Positions 62,241 to 64,000 of a stretch of 64,000 nt of DNA are shown piece by piece; the first letter of the stretch is position 1; each line of letters opens with the position of its first letter. Source of the DNA: Pristiophorus japonicus (lineage: Eukaryota); assembly GCF_044704955.1 (NCBI RefSeq), contig NC_091980.1, positions 71,610,001 through 71,674,000 on the forward strand, read 5' to 3'. The position numbers were made by a program, and so were the translations under genes. Below the pieces are notes generated by a model. The model did no database searches. It was not told where the DNA came from and saw only the letters and a program-made list of their open reading frames with translations.

Positions 62241-62428
62241 TAGCATTGAAAGAAGAAAGACTTGCATTTATACAGAGCCTTTCACGACCACAGGCCGTCC
62301 CAAAGTGTTTTATAGCCAATTAAGCACTTTTGAAATGTATCTTTTGAGAGTCAACTCTTTTTTTCAGCTCTACAACTATTTAGAATTATACTATCAAGCA
62401 AGTCATCCTCGACTCGGAGGGATTAACC

Positions 62429-64000
62429 AAGTGCCCCCCATTGTTAAAGTGGCACAACAACTAGAAAACTAACAAATCAAATTAAAATTCGGTTAACGGG
62501 GGTGATGATGTACTCCAGGCCCACCGATCATGGAAGGCCTCGAGTGTAGACACCTCATGCTCCATCTCCAAGGACACCCGGGTGCAAATGTAGCCGAGGA
62601 AGACAGGCAGTCGAGCTGAACGACCACTTGACCGCCCACTGCCTGAATTTGTTAATAGCCACCGCGCCAGACCCTGGAGCAGTGTCACGAGGAAGCCCTC
62701 CGATCTGCCCACTCCCCTCTGCACCGGGTGCTAAAGATCAGGAGCGTGGGACTGAAGTGCAGCCAGAAATCAAGGATCAGCCCCTTCAAATAATGGAAGA
62801 GGGGCTACAACAATTTTTGTTGTATCTGTAAACGTGCCCCCTGGTTAAAGGGGGGGGGGGGGTCACACTCCAAAAACTTTCAATCAAGTGCCCCCTTTTT
62901 TTTCTGAGGGCACCAAAAACACAACTTATACAAGTGCCCCCTGGCTAAAAGCGGGTGGGGGGGCGGGTACTAAAACTGACAAACTTAAACAAATTAAACT
63001 TTAGATATTGTGGTTCAAATTAAAATTTGGTTGCCAGGGGTGGTGTTGCACTCCAGTCCCTCCGGCGCCTACCTCTCGCGGAAGGCCGCGAGTGTACCGG
63101 TGGACACCATGTGCTCCATCTCCAGGGACACCCTGGCTCGGATGTAACCGCGGAAGAGAGGCAGGCAGTCAGGCTGAACGACCGTCCGCCGCCTGGACCG
63201 GCTGATGGCCCCCTTGGCCATGCCCAGGAACAATCCTACGAGGAGACCTTCCGACCTGCCCGCTCCCCTCCACACAGTGTGCCCAAAGATCAGGAGTGTG
63301 GGACTGAAGTGCAACCAGAATTTGGGGAGCAGCCCCTTCAAATATTGGAAGAGGGGTTGCAACCTCGCTCATTCAACATATACGTGGAACACGGACTCCT
63401 CTAGACCGCAGAAATTACAGGCGGCCTGGGAGTCTGTGAACTGATTTTAAAACTTATTGCTTGGGTCTGCCCCATGCAACACCCTCCAGGTCAAGTCCCC
63501 AATAGATAAAGGGAGGACTCACGCGTAGCGAGCCCTCCATTGGGGATGCCTGCCTCCTCTGGATGGCAAGAGGTTGCGCCATGACATGTATGGACAGCAG
63601 GCGAGGATGACAAAATAGAGGGGGTGCAAGAGCAGCACGTACAAGAATCCCCTTCGCGCAGATTGAAAAGGCACAGAAGGGAATTCCTGGAGGCGGCTCA
63701 AGTTGTGAGACGCCGGCTCCCGAGGAAGGTTTCGGAGATGGGCGCTGATGATGAATTCCGTTCAGACGGTGTCAGTTGGGACGGGATAGCCTCCTCGACA
63801 CACTGAGTGGAGTCAGGGCCCAGTGCCGCTTTTAGCGACTCGGTGGCTTTGGCCATGAGCCAGGACAGACGCTGCTACCAAGCTCCTCTCGCCATCCAAC
63901 CTGTTCCTTCTCCATCAAGTAGGTTTCCGATTCTGATCACCGTGCCAGACACAGCCCTGCCCTCTGTCAGCCACATCAAACCGCTGTTGTGGAGGTGCGG
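62429..64000 (-). mobile_element. Two tandem Tx1/L1-clade LINE 3' ends (~62429-62830, ~62835-64000)
   Basis: CNFCGLEESVFHVYVE* zinc knuckle (last Cys now a stop), LLGMAKGAI..LFRGYIRARVSLE; repeated AAGTGCCCCC 3'UTR motifs. Confidence 0.75.

Overview
Eukaryotic, transposon-dense vertebrate DNA. The repeat complement looks like a cartilaginous fish, but that is inferred, not proven. Two minus-strand, intron-containing genes can be built by hand. (1) A complete 7-exon deoxycytidine kinase gene (62062->55798, 264 aa) that looks like the dCK2 paralog absent from mammals. (2) Downstream in the same orientation, the first four coding exons (31891->3831, running off the left edge) of an SLC4 Na+/HCO3- transporter gene with an NBCe1-A-like N-terminus, possibly the SLC4A9/AE4 orthologue. 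Nearly all other ORFs in the track belong to mobile elements: young and old CR1 LINEs, one complete but decayed Gypsy LTR element with TSDs, two solo LTRs, a Harbinger transposase relic, several MITEs, an RTE LINE, Tx1-like LINE ends, SINEs and Penelope-type hammerhead remnants. A gapped ~6 kb C/CT polypyrimidine tract sits next to an orphan CpG-rich promoter-like patch. I found no evidence of a wholly new biological system. The best leads are the dCK2-SLC4 gene pair, the apparently fixed isoform structure of the SLC4 gene, CTCF-like motifs in three LTR types, and a long inverted CR1 pair bracketing two SLC4 exons. Repeat boundaries are hand-read and approximate unless a TSD or TIR is quoted. 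Human and chicken protein comparisons are from memory and need alignment.
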